Positions 60,509 to 64,000 of a DNA stretch of 64,000 bases are shown in pieces. Source of the stretch: an uncultured Chloroflexia bacterium. GTDB taxonomy: Bacteria; Chloroflexota; Anaerolineae; Anaerolineales; UBA4823. The notes under the pieces were generated by a model that was not told the origin of the DNA, searched no databases, and was given only the letters and a program-made list of their open reading frames with translations. The stretch lies in the NCBI GenBank assembly GCA_963774935.1, contig CAVZGO010000002.1, positions 215,236 through 279,235 of the forward strand. Direction: 5' to 3'. Made by a program: the position numbers and the translations under genes. Numbering within the stretch: position 1 is the first letter of the stretch; every line of letters starts with the position of its first letter.

Positions 60509-60958
60509 TCACACTTCTTCTTGATCGGGATGCGATTGCTCACTTTTGACTGCGTCTATCACCATATCAATTGCCCTGGAAACCTGGGCTGGAGTCGGCT
60601 CAAAATCGAGAACCTGCGCAAAAGTAAAATAATGGCCTTTTAGCGAGCGCCTATTCGATCGCATACCATAGACATTGGGACCAAACTTCGGTATGCTATC
60701 TATTATGGACGAGACATTTATCTCTTCACTCCTAGCTAAGTCAGCTGAAATGATCTCGAATAAATATTTGTAAAATGGTACTCCCATATAATCTGGTATT
60801 ACCCTAGACAGTATCTCTTGTCGTTGTGTTCTGTTCTTGATCAAGCCAGAGAGGATGACGTGGAAGGCACAAACAACGTTATTCCGCTCGTAAAGCTCCT
60901 GATCCAGGTTCAAAATGGGAAGTCGTGATTTATCCGGCAATCGACGCATTTTATTCAT
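60509..60958 (-). CDS. Putative cognate immunity protein, family copy 1 (DnaB N-terminal-like)
   Basis: Starts 24 nt after the Rhs toxin stop; paralog of 57630 and 55929. Confidence 0.8.
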   Translation of the reverse strand: MNKMRRLPDKSRLPILNLDQELYERNNVVCAFHVILSGLIKNRTQRQEILSRVIPDYMGVPFYKYLFEIISADLARSEEINVSSIIDSIPKFGPNVYGMRSNRRSLKGHYFTFAQVLDFEPTPAQVSRAIDMVIDAVKSEQSHPDQEEV

Positions 60959-60982
60959 AACTCACCGTCAGGGCTGTTTAAG

Positions 60983-62409
60983 CTAAACACCCAATTCCCC
61001 GGCAAGATTCAGGATCTCTTCAATCAATTTAGGGTTGAAGTTTTTCTCAATAGGTAAATCGTGCTTAATGTAGTATCTTAGCTGTTTTAGATACTCCTTC
61101 ACCATATCTGAGTCCCACCCTTTTTGTCGAGATAAATACCGTTCTAATGTTTCCCCGCTTTTTCTGTTCCTGAGAATGTTGCGCAGGTCGTTCCGCAAGC
61201 CTTCAGCATTGTGCTTCCGGTCGCGGCCTTCCGGATCAGGCATACCCGGGTGAGGAGCAAAACCAGCCACCGAAAAACCCAGCAGCATGGCAAGGTGTTG
61301 GGCGGAAGATGCCGCTCCTCCATCGCCACGAGAAAAATAGGGTTGTTGATCTGCATAATAATCTGCGGCCAGGTATGTTACACCCCCTACAATAATTACG
61401 CCAGCGACTATGATTAGGCCATCGACAATCCATCCGGGAGGTCCGGCAAATGCCAATGCTGTGCATACGGCTGTATCTGCCCCTCCGGCGAATCCAAAAC
61501 AATGACCGGTGTCATCCACATACTTGAGGGGGTTATTCGCTGCGTAGTGGTAACGATCTAGATTTTGCGGATGTTGAGGAGCTTGTGCCGTATAGGCGAT
61601 GCCATTCGGTATTTGATTAATGGTATTATATTGCTCAAGAGTATCAATCTCAGAATACGAAACAGTCAGCGCGAGCGAATTTCCCGACCCACTCAGTCCT
61701 ATCTGGCACAACGTGTCTGGTTGGATAAACCTGCCGAGCGCGTCGTCATACCACCTTGAGCCGTACCAGTACAAGTTTATGTTACTTTCCCTGCGCTGCC
61801 CGGTGTAGCGATAGGTTGTCGGCGTCGTGCCGCTGCTCCAGCGCTGCTCCCCCCAGGCTTTGTACAGCAGCCTGCCATACAAGCCCCCACTGGCATTCGC
61901 GGTGACGCTCGTCGAGCCCAGGTGATCCGAGACCAGCCAGTACAGCGTGCTCCCCTGCCGCATCCCGATCCGGCTGCCGCCTGCTTCGTAGTAGCGCTTC
62001 ATCGTGCTGCTCGAGCCCGTCCACTCGAAATGGCTGCCGATGGTCACCGTGGTCGTGCCCCCTGCGGTGCTCTTCACCCGCACTCCGTCCCCGTCATATA
62101 CATAGGTCGCACTGGCTGCCCCGCTGACCGTGCTCAGCCGGTTCTCGGCGTCGTATGCCAGGTTGTACGTGCTGCCCCCGATCACCCGCTGGGTCATGTT
62201 GCCGCTGCAATCGTAGCTGTACGTGTTCGCTCCCATCGCCGAGGCGGCGTGCGGCAGGCTGCGGCTGCCGTCCGGGCAGCTCACTTGCGCGGTGTAGCTC
62301 AACGCCTGCCCGCCCTTGCTGCTCAGCACCCCCGTCTCCGGCTGGTAGCTGTAACTTTCCAGGGCAAAACATTACCCTGTGTTCCCCCGCTGGCTGATGC
62401 GCTGGTCAG
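60983..62409 (-). CDS. N-terminally truncated Rhs (YD-repeat) protein with uncharacterised C-terminal toxin
   Basis: YDCSGNMT, YDAENRL, YDGDGVR YD repeats; DHLGS; RYHYAANNPLKYVDDTG; hydrophobic linker; novel tip; frameshift near 62368 and no upstream Rhs body. Confidence 0.85.
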
Positions 62410-62708
62410 GCGGGGCATCAGCAGCGTTAATATAATCTCAACGTGCGCGAACGTTAAGGCTGCCTTCCTTGTGTGCTGCTGCATCGACCGATATAACCTG
62501 TGCATGGGGGCTCTTATCAAAACTTTGGTTCATTCCATTTTTGCATACGGGCTAACCATTTCCTAGTGCCAGATGTAAGTCCCTCCCGGTGATGTATGTC
62601 ACGTTAACAGGTGCTACTCCAGATGATGCCAAAAAATCTTCGATCGATTAAAATTACCTTCATCAGTGTTATCATTAGCCATCCCAATCCCCTTGACGGA
62701 GATTAATC

Positions 62709-63785
62709 ATGCACACAGATCCCTACCAGCAGCTTGCACGACAATTGGATGCCCTTCCCAACGGATTTCCGTCCACTCCTGACGGGGCTGAGTTGCGCCT
62801 GCTGGCTTGCATCTTCACCCCCGAGCAGGCTGCCCTGGCGGCTCACCTTGCACCAGAGCTGGAGCCATTGACCGCAATTGCTGCCCGACTCGAATCCGCC
62901 GGCGAGCCCATAGACCAGAAAGAGCTGGGCGCCAGCCTGAAGCAAATGGCGCGCCTGGGGCTGATCGAAGCCGGGCGCACCGCCGATGGTATCGGGTACA
63001 AGCTGATGCCCTTCGTAGTGGGCATTTACGAAGCTCAGATCAGTCGTATCGATAAGGACATTGCGCAGGCGTTCGAGGCATATTACCGCCAGGCGTTCGG
63101 GCAGATGCTGCAGATTGAGCCAACTTACCACCGTGTCATCCCTGTGGGAGAGAGCGTGCGCGTGGATATGGAGGTGCATCCCTTCGAAAGCGCCAGTGAG
63201 ATCGTGAACGCCGCCCAGTCGTGGGGAGTGATGCCGTGCATCTGCCGCACCCAGAAAGCGCTGATCGGCGAACCCTGCAGCCATCCAATTGAGACCTGCA
63301 TGGTGCTGGGTCCATTCCCGGATATGTTCGACCACTCCACGTTGATCCAGCCGCTGGACCGTCAGGGTGCGCATGTCGCCCTGCAGCGCGCTGCCAGCGC
63401 TGGGCTGGTCCACACCGTCAGCAACAACCAGCAAGGCACTACCTACATCTGCAACTGCTGTACCTGCTCGTGCGGCATCCTGCGCGGCATGGCTGAGCTG
63501 GGCATTGCCAATGCCGTAGCGCGCTCGGCTTTTGTCAACCAGGTGGATGAGTCGCGCTGTGTGGTGTGCGAAAGCTGCCTGACCTACTGCCAGTTTGAGG
63601 CGCTTATACTGGCCGATGGGCACATGCAGGTAAATCAGATGCGCTGTGTCGGCTGCGGCGTGTGCGTGTCCGCCTGCCCAGAGGGTGCCCTGGTGCTGGT
63701 GCGCCGTCCTGAGGCAGAGGTGTTGCCTGTGCCGGTGGATCAGGCTGAGTGGCGCACACAGCGAGCTGCCAGCCGCAGCCTCTAA
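62709..63785 (+). CDS. 4Fe-4S dicluster-binding protein
   Basis: CICR, ICNCCTCSCGIL, CVVCESCLTYC and CVGCGVCVSACP motifs. Confidence 0.88.
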   Translation: MHTDPYQQLARQLDALPNGFPSTPDGAELRLLACIFTPEQAALAAHLAPELEPLTAIAARLESAGEPIDQKELGASLKQMARLGLIEAGRTADGIGYKLMPFVVGIYEAQISRIDKDIAQAFEAYYRQAFGQMLQIEPTYHRVIPVGESVRVDMEVHPFESASEIVNAAQSWGVMPCICRTQKALIGEPCSHPIETCMVLGPFPDMFDHSTLIQPLDRQGAHVALQRAASAGLVHTVSNNQQGTTYICNCCTCSCGILRGMAELGIANAVARSAFVNQVDESRCVVCESCLTYCQFEALILADGHMQVNQMRCVGCGVCVSACPEGALVLVRRPEAEVLPVPVDQAEWRTQRAASRSL

Positions 63786-63810
63786 CCAGCGACATCCCTT
63801 CAGTAATCCT

Positions 63811-64000
63811 ATGGATATTCGTGCCTACAATCGTGAGGCGTGGAACCGGGAGGTGGCACAGGGCAATTCCTGGACGGTTCCGGTCAGCGCGGAGCAAACC
63901 GCAGCCGCCCGCCAGGGCAGCTGGTCGGTAGTATTAACCCCGACCAAACCTGTACCATCCGAATGGTTTCCTCCCTTGCCAGGCTGCCGGACGCTGTGCC
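63811..64000 (+). CDS. Class I SAM-dependent methyltransferase, 3'-truncated by window edge
   Basis: MDIRAYNREAWN...WTVPVS...LTPTKPVPSEWF...RTLC N-terminus typical of this family. Confidence 0.6.
   Translation, partial: MDIRAYNREAWNREVAQGNSWTVPVSAEQTAAARQGSWSVVLTPTKPVPSEWFPPLPGCRTLC

Noticed and set aside
53340-62570. Integron cassette array or CRISPR array
   Set aside because: No integrase, no consistent RYYYAAC...GTTRRRY attC sites and no regularly spaced short repeats; the repeats are Rhs coding sequence.
62703-63623. Long antisense ORFs (also 7257..8087, 13648..14328, 61922..62566, 57823..58365)
   Set aside because: Shadows of well-supported genes on the opposite strand, with no recognisable motifs.

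Overview
Chromosomal window from a bacterium that looks like Chloroflexota (Anaerolineae-like). This is inferred from the dnaB-dnaD-tandem dnaC arrangement, an FMN-riboswitch RibXY-type ABC transporter, Thr/Pro-linker lipoproteins and Chloroflexi-style Rhs modules. From left to right it holds: a cytochrome b / multiheme cytochrome c cluster with a NarX/NarL-type two-component system and a frameshifted decaheme cytochrome; a riboflavin ABC transporter under an FMN riboswitch; rpsT, argS, an orphan DNA methyltransferase and a replication operon; assorted metabolic genes; nirK with hemerythrin and a Crp/Fnr regulator; a paired STAND ATPase/PP2C module; metal homeostasis genes (bfr, ZIP, PCuAC, feo); and an approximately 9 kb array of orphan Rhs toxin/immunity cassettes (53.3-62.4 kb). 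The most striking observation is in that array. An unrecognised helical Rhs toxin tip is present twice, and it is paired with a three-member immunity family that aligns by eye with the DnaB helicase N-terminal domain, suggesting target-mimic (decoy) immunity against a replisome-directed toxin. Several single-base frameshifts are spread over unrelated genes and are probably sequencing or assembly indels.
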